A DNA stretch of 64,000 bases from Leptogorgia sarmentosa (lineage: Eukaryota), in contig OZ210884.1 of the NCBI GenBank assembly GCA_964658305.1, positions 6,324,001-6,388,000 on the forward strand, in the 5' to 3' direction. Positions 24,623 to 37,900 of the stretch are shown here, piece by piece. The position numbers and the translations under genes were made by a program. The notes under the pieces are model-generated. The model saw only the letters and a program-made list of their open reading frames with translations. It was not told where the DNA came from and made no database searches. How positions within the stretch are numbered: position 1 is the first letter of the stretch; every line of letters begins with the position of its first letter.

Positions 24623-27220
24623 ATGGAACACTTTTATGGCTTCTTTAAACTCTGTATTCGGTAAGAATGGTTATAGCTACTTTATCGTCGGTATTACTAC
24701 ATCTGTTATAAATACCATGCCGATTTGCCCATGGCTAGTATGTCAAGAATTTACTCTTGTGTAGGTTCATGTAACAAACTGTAGGTTATTTAGATAACTT
24801 TATCATGTCGTAGTTGGTAATTTCGACTTTAAAAAAGATTGAATTCAACTACAATTTCTTTAAGTTCAACTAAAACTTGCCATTTCCATATTATGATATT
24901 TACCGGCACAACCACGCAGTTCACGCTTGAACCATTTATTGCAGCGACTACAGAATTTAAACATGGTTGTAGCTGACGGGAGAAAAAAGTGGACTTATCC
25001 ACCATTTATTCTAGACAGGCTTCAAACAACCGACCTCGTTTGTCAATGTTTTCAAAGTCGTTTTCAATTACAGTGGAACCCCGCCTTACGGCCACCCCGT
25101 TAATACGGTCACCTCGATAATACGGTCATTTTTTTTTGTCCCGGCGAAATACTAATATATTTAATAATAAAGTTACCCCGTTAATACGGCCACCCCGTTA
25201 ATACGGCCATATTATTTCGTCCCGTTGGTGACCGTATTAACGGGGTTCTACTGTATCATATTGATCAATATGCTGTTCTCATTATTTTTAGACCATTTAC
25301 CACATGCTGTCAAATAAATGTGACGTCACTCAGCAAATTAGTTTTCATTTACTTGTGCTTTCGTAATATTACGGATGGCATGGAAGAATTTCTTATTCAA
25401 CCAACTGCTTGGTATTACATGAAGTACCTCGGACAGTCAACTTTATTTCTTGGATTAACCATGGCTGCTTATTCAACAGGGACCTTGGTTTTTGCGCCAT
25501 TTATCGGATTTCTGGAAGCAAAATGTCAGTCAACAAAGACCATTGTACTTATAACTGGTTTAGTAAAGTTCTGTGGTAATCTTCTTTATTCCATCCCCGT
25601 CAATGGATACTTTCCGCTGTTTGGACGATTTCTTAGTGGTTTGAGTGAGGGTACAATGGGGGTGCTCTATGGTGTCGTAACAAAATGTACTACTAACGAA
25701 AATCGTGCCAAAGCATTTCTATATTTCGAAGGTCTCTACAGCATTGGTGTAGTATGTGGTCCAATGGTTGGAAGTGTTCTCACATTCAACTTGAATATAT
25801 TTGGTAAGTCTTTAATCTTATACACAAAGCTTCATTCGCAAACTTTATCGTTGAGGAAATGTGTCTTTTCCAACATCAGTTTAATTCATTAGTTGAAATA
25901 GTTTTAGACCGTAGCATAGCATAGCATAGCATAGCATAGCATAGCATAGCATAGCATAGCATAGCATAGCATAGCATAGCATAGCATAGCATAGCATAGC
26001 ATAGCATAGCAAGATCCAAAATTTAGCAGGGGCGCATATTCATATATATTAGTGTTCTGCTCTATTAATTTCGTGAAAACATTGTATATAAATCTCTTTT
26101 CCCACTTGGTGATTTTTTTACGCGAACGAGCAAAAAGTGAATGTTATTGGGTGGTAATGACGCGTGTTTCTGGCCAGCCAATCAAGTTGCTTTTTTCGCT
26201 GTCGAACAAATTCGGCTAGTGCAAAACAGCTTAAATCGGAACTAAAAGGGAATAACCATTTCTTGGTATGTTCTGAGACTGGCAACCATGCCCAACGCAT
26301 TATTCACATTTATAATACAGTGTCCTTGACAAATGCTTGTAGCTACTATTGTCTACGTGCTTTGAATGTCAATCAAAATGGCGGCCAATTGTAAACCACC
26401 TATGAAGGGACTGGTCGCACTGATTACCTGACTATGTGGTTTACCCTTTACAGGTTGGAAGATCAACGCAGGGAATTCACCCGCAGTAATTTTGATGCTG
26501 ATTTGGGTTTTCTTACTCAGTCTGACAATTCTTCTACCAAATGATCTGACAGAAAATTCTGAAGAAATTACAAAAAATATTGTCAAGATTGATAGTGATG
26601 ATGAAAACAGTGAATCAAATTGTGGAAACACAACAACTACCCGGAGAATGTCGAATGTCCTTTGTTTATATTATCTCATTTTCCACATTACTATATGTAA
26701 TGAAGTCATTTCGTTTGATCTTCCATTATTGTCAAAGTACCATCTAGGATTGGGTCTTCGTTACATCAAATTAATTTACCTTAACGGCACATTGGCCGGT
26801 GTCCTTTCATATCTCGCTGCTTTTATCTTCGTTGAAAAGTTTTCAGAAAAGATTTGTATTGTTTTCAGTACTGTTCTGACGATCATCCCAGTTTCAGTAA
26901 TATTTTATTTTGCTCTACTTTGGTACGACAATATGCCCGTGAGTGCTGTCTATCTTTTGCTGGTCTCGATGATAATTGTGAGAGGAGTATACGTAAACTT
27001 TTCTCTCACCTGTTCGGTGCTATCAAAATTAACACCGGTAGAGAACGCCACATTTTACCAAAGTCTCACATTTACAATCGCGCACATGGCCGTCATCCTG
27101 GGTCGCTTAATAGCTGGTGTGACATTTTCCAGATTACCAATGATGTACACTTGCCTTTGCCTTACCATCAGCTGGTTAGTTGGGCTTATTTGGGTCGGTA
27201 TTGAATACAAAAACTTATAA
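24623..27220 (+). CDS. MFS transporter, MFSD8/CLN7-like, copy A (~438 aa)
   Basis: Exons 24623-24660, 25292-25803, 26454-27220 splice in frame (MEHFYGFFKLCIR|PFTT..NIFG|WKINAGNSP..EYKNL*). Multiple hydrophobic segments; motifs IQPTAWYYM, GNLLY, GRFLSGL.EG. Confidence 0.85.
25071..25253. mobile_element. pogo/Tigger-type MITE
   Basis: TA|CAGTGGAACCCCG ... CGGGGTTCTACTG|TA with internal CCCGTTAATACGG repeats. Confidence 0.88.
25912..26011 (+). repeat. (TAGCA)20 microsatellite
   Basis: Perfect pentamer run in intron 2 of MFS copy A. Confidence 0.97.
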
Positions 27221-27369
27221 GAAAACATTGTATAGAGCAATTATTAATTGTAAGAAAATTGATGTATTCCTTTGTGATAGCATGCAATCTCAGAATATAT
27301 CAGAATTATATAGTGTATTTACTCTGTCTTTTTGGTCGGAGGTGTACCATTATCCTGCACTGTCATGTT

Positions 27370-28571
27370 TTATTGAAAGAAACTACAAATGTCTGCCAGT
27401 ATTTTCTTATTGTTAGTTACTCGTGGCTTTCCTTTATGGAGATCTGATAAAAGACCACATAAATTTTCTTCTCCACCATTCTGGTGCGCATGCTCCAAAT
27501 GATCTATCCTCAGTCCACTTCCTGCAATCTTCGCGGCCATTCCTTCAGAAACTTTCCCAGCCTCAAGAAGTGGCTTCAGCGATTTCATATTTTCTCGTGT
27601 CATCCGAGAGTGGGCGAGATAGTCTTTGTACCACGGAACGGTAAAGCTATGTTTTAGCAGCAGATCATCTTGTATATATTTAGATACCAGTTTATGAAGC
27701 ATGCGCGCATCATCAAGAGCATTGTGCGCATTATATGTGGCGCCTAGGAGATCCTTGGCCAAGCTTGTTTGTGTGTACGTCTTCCGTTCTGGAAACCGTT
27801 CTCGAAATGCAGTTAAAGAATCTGAGAAACCAATAACTTCTTGCGAAAATTCTTGCATTTCCTTGCACGTGGCGACTGCATTAACCAAATGTCTTGCATC
27901 GAATGACCTAGCATTGTGAGCAATAAGTAGACATGGCATCTTCATTTTAAGCCACGCCAGAAATCTTGTAATTGCTTGGTTCAGATAAATGGCGTCTACA
28001 CGTTCTTTGCCTTGGTATAATGCTCCACGTTTCTTTCGGAGCTTGTTTACCTTCGAAGCCCCGGATGTAATGTAGCCTTTAGGAATGATGTACACATTGA
28101 ATTCATCTTTACCATCGGTTGCAGCAATTTGACATATTTCAGTGTCCGTGGCTGTGAAATTTATAAGAAGAAAGTTACCATTCTGAAGTGATATAAACAC
28201 ACAAACAATGCCAAGTTAAATGTTTAGTTGATCGCAATACAGCCTGAAATTATCCTACCTCGTGAACTCGTCTCAAGATCCATTACAATTTTTGTAACTC
28301 CATCAGTATTCAAAACTCTTATGATTTCTGGTGAAGTGATAATGGCAGGAATCTCTGATACAGCTTGTTCTTTGCTTGCTATACACTCTGCTTGTTTACC
28401 ATTGTTCTTTGGGCTATGTCGAGGTTTGTTGTCATGAGATGGCTTCGTCGTGTCTGTTTCATCAGACTGAATGATGCAAAGTTTCCCTAGGTTCAGCTTG
28501 GTTTGTTTATACGTCAGTGTAGTTTGAACCTTCCTCGATTTAGACGGCTCAACCTGAAAGGTTTGAGACAT
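27370..28571 (-). CDS. DEDDh 3'-5' exonuclease, PML-like/Exuperantia-like (~364 aa, 2 exons)
   Basis: Exons 28259-28571 and 27370-28151 join in phase 1 (VMDLETSSR|ATDTEICQIAA). ExoI DLET, ExoII AHNARSFD and ExoIII HNALDDA are intact. The C-terminal MAAKIAGSGL..GGEE.L..LL...GKPRVT helical region is typical of this family. Confidence 0.85.
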
Positions 28572-30656
28572 TTTATCGGTCAGTAATGATAATGATGCTT
28601 GCTGATTAATCGAGAACAGTATTGATTTACGTTCAAATGAAATTGATTATGTCCGATCAGTCTTCACTTTTGCACGCGTGAATGCCGATGCATGTCATTA
28701 GTCGCTTGATGATTTCATCGCGCGCTGCGTCCTTTAGTGTACGCACTGATATCAATCGTTGAAGAACATTGAACTCGCAGTTCAATATGAATAAAGCATA
28801 AAATTCTGGATCAACTAAATGAAGATTCTGTAAATCAAAGAAATATAGATCCAGGAACAGTTCGACATATTTCCTTATTCTATTTCACTTGTTTGGTTTT
28901 CGTTTAACATTTGCAAACTCAAATATTTAATGAGCGATTACACCAAACGAAAACACGCATTTCGTTACACACGCGCTTGAATTTTGAAACCCAAAAATTA
29001 AACTGCATGAAACTGAGAAGTAATATAATAAGGAAACTAAGTCATAACCTCTTTATGCATTAAATGAGCGTTTTTGTACAGCGTGTATATTACCAGTATT
29101 ATGTGTAGAATGCTCATGCGCTGTGCTCGAGAAAAAACTAAGAACAAGTGCACTGGAAGTCGGCTTCACCAAAGTAGGTTTGGTTTCTGTAAGTACTGTA
29201 AAATAAACTTTGGTGATTGTCCATGCAAAATCTGGCCTTAACTGCTATAAAAAGTAGTCCATGCTAAAATGTGTAATTCTCATTGGTTAATTTTTGCATA
29301 CATGGTAGATAGCCTACGTTTTAATGGGACGTTAACTTGCAACTTTAGACAGATGTATTGACTTACCAATTTTACGTTGTAATCTGTTGGTTCACTGACC
29401 GCCCAAACACCACGATCGGCAGCATCTCCCATTTTTAAACTTCTGGAAATTCCTGTATAATGCCAAGGTACTCGACTTTTTGTTGTCATGTTTCTATAAT
29501 TGTAACAACTTATCGTTCGGCAACGAGCAAAAAAGAATTTCACATAACTTTGGTAGCGAGCGCTCATTTCAAAAAGCACCATACAGGTAGCTAGTCGATC
29601 ACATCTGTTAGCGCAGTCTTGAAAATGACTCGTAATCTAAAATAAGCTTTAATTTTCGATTTCGTTTTCAAAACAGCTTTTTTGAAATTTTTAGTGTATC
29701 AATTAATTTAAGAAACAAATAAAACGTTGCTGGTTGGTTGACGCCATCTAAGATTCGTACGACATGACGATACAAACATTTTCGATGCACGCGCACATTG
29801 CACACACGATTTGTCTCAGAACGCGCGGATAATTTTGTATAAACGATTCTTCATACATTTTAGAATTTCTGCCAATACTCTCAACTATAACTTCATGCAT
29901 AGTTGTTTGAATCAATTCGCCCGAATGAGGGAGATAAAAGAAAGTGAAAAGTGAAACGTACTGTTTACATTTCGCTTTGACTGCATGGTTAAATTTGATT
30001 AAAAGTTTAAAAGTGTGCTAATTGCATCTCTATCTTGAGGAAAAAACGATTTCACTCACGAACTCGTTCGTAAATTGGAAATTTCCTATATAATGATTTG
30101 GCTTGTACGTATACTACCGCTTATACTTTGACCACCGTTTGAATGTTTCGCTAACATACCAATTGCCGAATATATATACTCGCTATTAATTAGCACTTTA
30201 TCAAAATTTTATCACAAAACACAAAGTTTCATCCGGATAGGTGTTTTACTTTCATTTAAAACAATCAATGCTGTATAAATAACTGATTTAATTTTGATAG
30301 CTTGCACGGTAACGAAAGGCAAGTCCAAAAGAAAAATGAAATTTTATTGCAATTAAAGAGGGCCGGGAGAAAACAGCAAAAACCCTTTAAATTTATTTCA
30401 TTTCAGTAGTTTACTATATCAATACATACTATTGTCTTGTTCCGTACGATAAACTATTTTAATGCTCTATCTTGTGCAAAAGCCACTTAAAACATTTTTG
30501 GATTTTGTTTTTATTCATCATAATAGGTCATGTTACCAAGGAAAACACATTTCAACCAAAATGATTTAATGATAAAACAATGTGCTATCATCACTATTAT
30601 ACTACCCATCAATTTCTCCATTTCTTCTCTTCCAATAAATGCTCCATAATATTTTC

Positions 30657-33364
30657 TTATAAGTTTTTGTATTCAATACCGACCCATATAAGCCCAACTA
30701 ACCAGCTGATGGTAAGGCAAAGGCAAGTGTACATCATTGGTAATCTGGAAAACGTAACACCAGCTATTAAACGACCCAGGATAATGCCCACGTGCGCGAT
30801 TGTAAATGTGAGACTTTGATAAAATGCGGCGTTCTCTACCGGTGTTAATTTTGAAAGCAACGAACAGATCAGAGAAAAGTTTACAAATACTCCTCTCACA
30901 ATTATCATCGAGACCAGCAAAAGATAGACAGCACTCACGGGCATATTGTCGTACCAAAACAGAGCAAAATAAAATATTACTGAAACTGGGGTGATTGTTA
31001 AAGCAGTACCGAAAACAATAAAAATCTTTTCTGAAAACTTTTCAACGAAGATATAAGTAGCGAGGTATGAAAGGATACCGGCCAATGAACCGTTAAGGTA
31101 AATTAATTTGACGTGACGAAGACCCAATCCCAGACGGTACTTTGATAACAACGGGAGATAAAACGAAGTGACAATATAGGATAAAGTACTGTGGAAAATA
31201 AGATAATATAAACAAAGGACATTCGACATTCTGCAACCAGTTGTAGTGTTTCCACATTTTGATACATTGGTTCCATCATCACTATCAATCTTGACAATAC
31301 TTTTATTGATTTCTTCAGAATTCTCTGTCAGATTACTTGGTAGAAGAACTGTCAGAGTGAGTAAGAAAAGCCAAATTATCATCAAAATTACTCCTGGTGA
31401 ATTCCCTGCGTTGATCTTCCAACCTGTAAAAGATGAAACTAATTCTTGAATTGATATCAGTTTCTTGTAGCAACGTAAATATATTGTTACTTGACATACG
31501 AACACCAGATTCATTTACGCACTGGATTTGAATTCGTTTTTAATTTTTATCCGTGAGTGTTTAGGGTAAAAACGTAATTTGAAATCAAGACAATTGGAAC
31601 ATGCATATTATGCACGCATACAAATTTGCACTGTGATTTGCGTTTCCTCGCTTAGTTATGATTCAAAAAATATCGCACACAAATTGCCCATTCTGGAAGA
31701 CAGAATGGAATACACTTGGAAAAGTTTCCCTCAAATGAAAATCAATAAACCTGTCTGAAAACCTTTCCTCTGACGACGTCTTCGGAAACAAAACCATGAA
31801 TCAGTGAGATTTATTGCCAAAAGCTTTAGATATATTTACAACATCCAAAATATCTGCAGACCAGCTCAATTCCCGATATGCGCAAACGGGAAAATCAAGC
31901 AAGTACACACCAGTACGATAACGAAGCTTGGCGCGTAATAATAAAAACCTACCGAATATATTGAAGTTGAATGTGAGAACACTTCCAATCAATGGACCAC
32001 ATATTGCACCGATCTGGAAGAGACCTTCGAAATATAGAAATGCTTTGGCACGATTTTCGTCAACGGTACATTTTGCTACGACACCGTAGAGCACCCCCAT
32101 TGTACCCTCACCCAAACCACTAACAAATCTTCCAAACAACGGAAAGTATCCACTGACAGGGATGGAATAAAGAAGATTACCACAGAACTTTACTAAACCA
32201 CTCATAACTACAATGGTCTTTGTTGAAAGACATTTTGCTTCCAGAAATCCGACAAACGGCGCAAAAACCAAGGTCCCTGTTGAATAAGCAGCCATGGTTA
32301 ATCCAAGAAATAAAGTTGACTGTCCGAGGTACTTCATGTAATACCAAGCAGTTGGTTGAATAAGAAATTCTTCCATGCCATCCGTAATATTACGAAAGGA
32401 CAAGTAAATGAAAACTAATTTGCTGAGTGACGTCACATTTATTTGACAGCATGTGGTAAATGGTCTAAAAATAACAAGAACAACATTAATCAATATGATA
32501 CTGTAATTGAAAACGACTTTGAAAACATTGACAAAACATATCAAGGAGGGCTTGAAAACTGTAAGTATTGGGGGGGAAGGGGCGCCCCGGGAAAATTGTC
32601 TGTATCCCTGTGGGCCAGTCCGCCTCTGCCTGTTTATATGATCCCACTCACCCGGGATTCAATGGAGCGTAAAATGATGTTGAGGTATTGAAATGAGTCG
32701 TAATTTATGATTTGAAGAAATTTTAAACTCCTCAGGATGTTGTTCTGCTAAAATATCAAACAGACAAAATGTTTTTGGGCATCGATTTTCGTAAATATAT
32801 CTTTTTTGTTGGTCAGTACTAGAAGCGTCTAAATTTGGTTGTTTCGTTTCACAAACACGACTCATTTCAATACCTCAAGATCATTTGACGCTACTAAGCG
32901 CATCGAAGTGTGAAATGTTAAGCACGCACAACACAAAGTATACTGATAACTGATACATGATTTTAGTATGTTAGTTTAGGTTTATTGTACTTATAATACA
33001 TAAAATAGCTACTTCTAAACACACTGTAAAATTTATGAAATTTATAAAGTACATATGAGAATGAAACGTGTTATGTGTCGATGCAGTTCAAGCGTGAACC
33101 GCGTGTGCTCATGTAGTCATGTAGCCGGTAAATATCATAATATGGAGACTTTGAGTTGAATCTTTTTTAAAGTCGAAATTACCAACTACGACACGATAAA
33201 GTTATCTAAATAACCTACACATTGTTACAATCACCTACACAAGAGTAAATTCTTGACATAGTAGCCATGGGCAAAGCGGCATGGTATAAACAGATTCACC
33301 AGCACAGACGATAAAGTAGCTATAACCATTCTTACCGAATACAGAGTTTAAAGAAGCCCTCCAT
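30657..33364 (-). CDS. MFS transporter, MFSD8/CLN7-like, copy B (~435 aa)
   Basis: Exons 33336-33364, 31953-32464, 30657-31423. Exons 2 and 3 have the same lengths as copy A (512, 767 bp) and the frame is open. Confidence 0.85.
32666..32892. mobile_element. MITE in intron 1 of MFS copy B
   Basis: AGCGTAAAATGATGTTGAGGTATTGAAATGAGTCGT / ACGACTCATTTCAATACCTCAAGATCATTTGACGCT inverted repeats. Confidence 0.7.
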
Positions 33365-34966
33365 TGCTAACTGTCGTCCAGTTTACAGCGTTTGGATATC
33401 CAAAATTGTATTCATGTTTCACGCTTCGATCGTTGCTGCGCTTCAGAGTTCAGAACACTATTGCTGAAAATCAATACTAGTCGAGGTTGATACTAGTCTT
33501 GCAAGGTCTTTAAATTGCATAAATTATTTCGAAGGTTTCTAATTAACCTTTAACCTGTCAATAGTTCTTGTTCAAGCTATAAGTGTCATCATGAAAACAC
33601 GACGTTCTTTGAAAATTTTACTTGATTGGCTATTAACATTGAAACGTATTGTGTGTAATTTATTGAAAAACAACTGATTTCAGGAGAGAAGAGTCGGGTA
33701 AGATACGAATCTCCCTCCCCCCCCCCACCCCCCCGTCCCCTAATGAACGCTCTAGCTACGTCCCTGATTAGCAGTCGTTTCATAGTGTTTTACTTGCTTC
33801 AAGGAACCAACTTAAATTAGGAGTATGAATTATAATGTTGTTTGATTCAATTCTATATATGTTTATGAATTTATAAATAAATAAATCAATAAACTAATGT
33901 TTAATTAGACGAACGTCGATCGAGATATAACTTCACTTTAATATATTTGACGATTTGATTTAAACAAGTTACAAGCAAGAACTGCAATGCACATAAAACA
34001 TCTACTGAAATATTGTCTGTTGTTCAGTTGTTATTCTTGTTTCTACGCACCCAGGGAATTTGGAAAAATGCGATCTTGCGCACAGCGCCCGATTAACCCA
34101 TCACTGGGCCGGGGACAAAAATATATAGGGCCGGATTTTGGTGAATATGAAGCATATAATCAAATCAAAAGTTTTGTCCATTATATCAACAAGAACTATG
34201 AATACAGGGTGAGGGTAGAGTACATGTTTTAATGTTTCCTTCACGTGATTTGACCGATACAAAGTTAGAAGTGACTCTAGCATTTAGTTTTTAATGCTAA
34301 GTAGGCAAGTAGGTCGAGCCGTCAAGGTGCATGTGAAATCTTAATATCGTTGCCTATAGATAGTTCTTGATTCGTCCAGGATGCTAGAACTCCGTAGTTT
34401 TCAACATATATAATTATGCGAGCGAGTGGCCTAAATATATTGCGACTTTGCGAGTTTATGTTATTTGAAAACTCTATAGTATAACTAAAATAAATTATTT
34501 TTTAAACATTGTTTTTCTTGGAATGAAAAGTAAGCTTTAAAGCTGGAGACGTGGGCAAATGCCTCCATTGCCGCCTGGATAATCCGGCACTGCTTGCGCT
34601 TGGTCTTGAGAGAAGAATTTTTACCACATGTGGTTTCTTAATTAGCATGGGGAAATTTACACCAAAATTTTTCCTTATTTGTCCGGTCAGCTGCAGTATG
34701 TAACATGCGTTGCTTTTTTAATTATGATTTATTTTCGCGCGAAAACGCCGTTCTTGGCCCAGTCCTACAGTAAAATAACGCTGGACTTAAAATGAATGCA
34801 GTGAACGTATATCAAAACTCATTTAGCTACTGCCATGCAATGTAATGAAAGAAGGAAGCGAGATTCAATTAAATTTTTGACTTCGTGCAAATAAAAAAAC
34901 TAAAGCATACTTTAATTAAACGCGGAGCCTCGATTGAAATTAGTCGAACATATCATTGAGTACGCA

Positions 34967-37900
34967 ATGGGTCTCTTCAGTTTATCTGTACGCAATTTTC
35001 TGCTTGTCCTCATAGCACTGGCAACGTGTTTGGTTCAATGTTCAGAAAACGTCTTATTTCGAAAAAATAAAGAAACCTATTTGCCAAATCATGTTATTGA
35101 AACGAAGAAGGCAAGATATGATATGGAATGCGCTTTGTTTTGTGTTCGGCGTGCATCATGCACGTCGATTAATTACAAGACGTCTGGTGTTGGTGAAGGT
35201 TTATGTGAGTTGAACAACGATATCCCTCAACAAAATTCTACTGAAGAAGACCACAAAACTTACAGATTGGCCGAGTTCACTCATCTTCAAATAATAAAAA
35301 AGGTATGAAAATAGCTCAGTATAATCTCGAAGAAGATATAATTACTGATGCTTTGTCGGTTTGCATTTGTCGAAAATTGACATGTTGCTCTTTTCATTAT
35401 TTATAAATATTAAATTTGTTGTACAAGTCTTTCAACATGTAAGAATATATAAGAAAATTTCAAATGAAGCCATGCATATAACTATCGTGAACATCATTAA
35501 TTTAAAACTTCATTTATACTGCACTATTAAAAAATAGGTTCGCAAAGCGCACATGTATCTGCGAATGGTGAAGCAGAACTGACGGATGAGTCGTCGGAAA
35601 GCGCAATCGGACATGCTAAAAAGTCCAGGTTGCGCTTAAACCTACCGCTAAAGTATTGGTTTGCAAGCAATAAATGAACCTAAACTAAAGCTAACCCTAA
35701 ATATGAAACTAATCGAACCCCAAAGCCTAACGCACAAAACATTTAAACCTAGAACTATACTCAAACAGATTTCCTAAATCAGCATGCTGTCTTATTAAAT
35801 ATGCGATGATGTTAGTGTTGACTGTTCTCATATACAGCATTTCTCACCTTCCTCCTTCGACTCTTTCGTGAAAAATACGAGGAAATTCCTTGGGAAAAAA
35901 CTTTCTTTGTGCCTCCAATATGCATAAAACTATGGCTTTATACTGAATATCGTGGGATTACCTAATATTACATGTAAATGTCATTAAATTATTTAATTAT
36001 ATCGTGTTTTGGCCACTGAGCTATACTTAATATATCTGGAGATCGGGTCGTAATACCACGCCGTACAAAATAGTGTCGCCAAAAACATGGCGGATTTTAG
36101 CCAAATTTACGTCATTATGACGTAGTAAGTCCCCTATTTCAGGGGACTAACCACTGACCAAATAACATTGCCGAAAGTGAGCAGTTTTCTCACCCCCCTG
36201 TCTCGAAATAAAATATTAAAATCCAGCTAACATGATAACATCACGTCAAAGTTTTTAATTCAAAACAATATTTCGTTGAATTTTGTTGATTATCAACATG
36301 CCGCGTTTTTGCTATGTTTACGGATGTCACAACTCCTTTGACAACAAAGAACTGTTGTCACACTGGTAAGGAAATTTTATTTTATGCTTATACATCGTTC
36401 GAGAGGTCGTATGTATGCTTAAATTTATTTACAACAGTCTCTTAAGGCCAGTTTACAATATCAAAGTTTCTGCCATCACAGTAGGAATCTTGCATGGGTG
36501 AAACTTGAGGTTATTTTCACCAGATTTTTACAATTACACTGTTCGTGAAACATGTACAGTACATTTATTGTTGATTAATATTAAACAAGAATGCTATGCT
36601 GGTCATGTGGCAAGCAAGGCCATACAATCTTTATCTTGGCCAATTTGTTCCATAACCTCCTTGGCTTCCCTGCATTCTGAATGCTCCCAGTTTGTGCTAA
36701 AAGGAATGATCTCTTCCATGCTGTCTAGAAATAGGGATGAAACTGTAGTTCGTATTCATTGCTCTTGCCATGGTCAAGTTGTTGAAGACATGGATGGCCA
36801 CCTTAAATGTGAACAACGTCAAACCAAAGGAATGGTGGAAATGACTGGTAATAATGACACATTGAAGGTAGGCATACTTGGAGTGTTACTGTGGAGTTTT
36901 ATATTTATATCTTTCTGTGATACAATGGAATTTAATTGCTTGATTGTCTTGTTTGTTCATAGTTGTTCAAACTTGATGGGTTCTGGTGTTGGCAGTACAA
37001 TCTTTGCATAACTATTATGCCTCCAAAAAGATGGGAGGAAGCAAGGTTCAGTGCACCACTGGCATGGGTGCCATGACATTGTTTTTAATAATAACTAAGT
37101 TTTAATAATGATTTCTTCAATAATAATATTGTTTTAAATAACTAATTAATATAATTAATTCATTTGTTAATAGTTGTTGTACATAGTTTTTAATAATTTG
37201 TTCTCCAATGTTCAGTAGCTAAAATAATAAATAAGGAAATAATAAATAAGTAAGTTAAAATTTAATCTGATTACTAATGTATTAATATATTTATTTTGTC
37301 TCAATCAATTCTATGCATATCTAATTCTCTTGAATGCAAATTGATGAGTGCAATCACATTTGCCACATAACTGGACCATTTCGCATTGATTTTGAAGTTG
37401 AAAGCATCAAATTAAACTAGAAAGTGAACACAATTCCATAAGTATTTATTTCTTAGTTGTGCTGGCTAATCAAAGTCAATATGCCAGCAAAATTAAGTGC
37501 TGAGCAAATGGGGATTGACATCCATAGAATTGGTTGAGGAACTTGTTTACTCATACTTGTGTTGTATGTGTTTTAAAATAAAAAAAATAAATTTGTTGTG
37601 ATTTGAATGTGAATATATTATTGTATATCCTGAAATATTATATCATTATCTTGGAAATTTTCTGATAAAATATTATTCTTCAATGCAAATAAAAATGATA
37701 TATGAATTGCATAAAATGCAGATATCAAACATTCTAGATCAAGCATCTAAAAGGCAATTGTTCCTTGAATATTCAATCAAATAGTGGCATTACCTTTTTC
37801 AAGCAAGACCATTATAAATATATACACTTCACTTCATATTGACATGCTGCACTTATTTTTCAATAATTTCATCGATAGAATATACCTGAAATTGCAATAC

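Larger units (their letters stand above)
23452..27240 (+). repeat. Arm A of an inverted segmental duplication
   Basis: TGAAAACTACGGAGTTCTAGCATCCTGGACGAATCAAG at 23452 is the reverse complement of ~34366-34403; homology continues through the upstream region and all three MFS exons. Confidence 0.9.
30640..34403 (-). repeat. Arm B of the inverted segmental duplication
   Basis: Reverse-complement homology to 23452-27240, with its own insertions (~32540-33080, ~33540-33815). Confidence 0.9.

Noticed and set aside
26353..31449. Antisense and alternative-frame ORFs over the MFS and exonuclease exons
   Set aside because: Shadows of the real coding frames.
35538..35628. Exon-like segment in lectin intron 1
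   Set aside because: It has a stop in the phase required after exon 1, and exon 1 joins 40045 cleanly without it.
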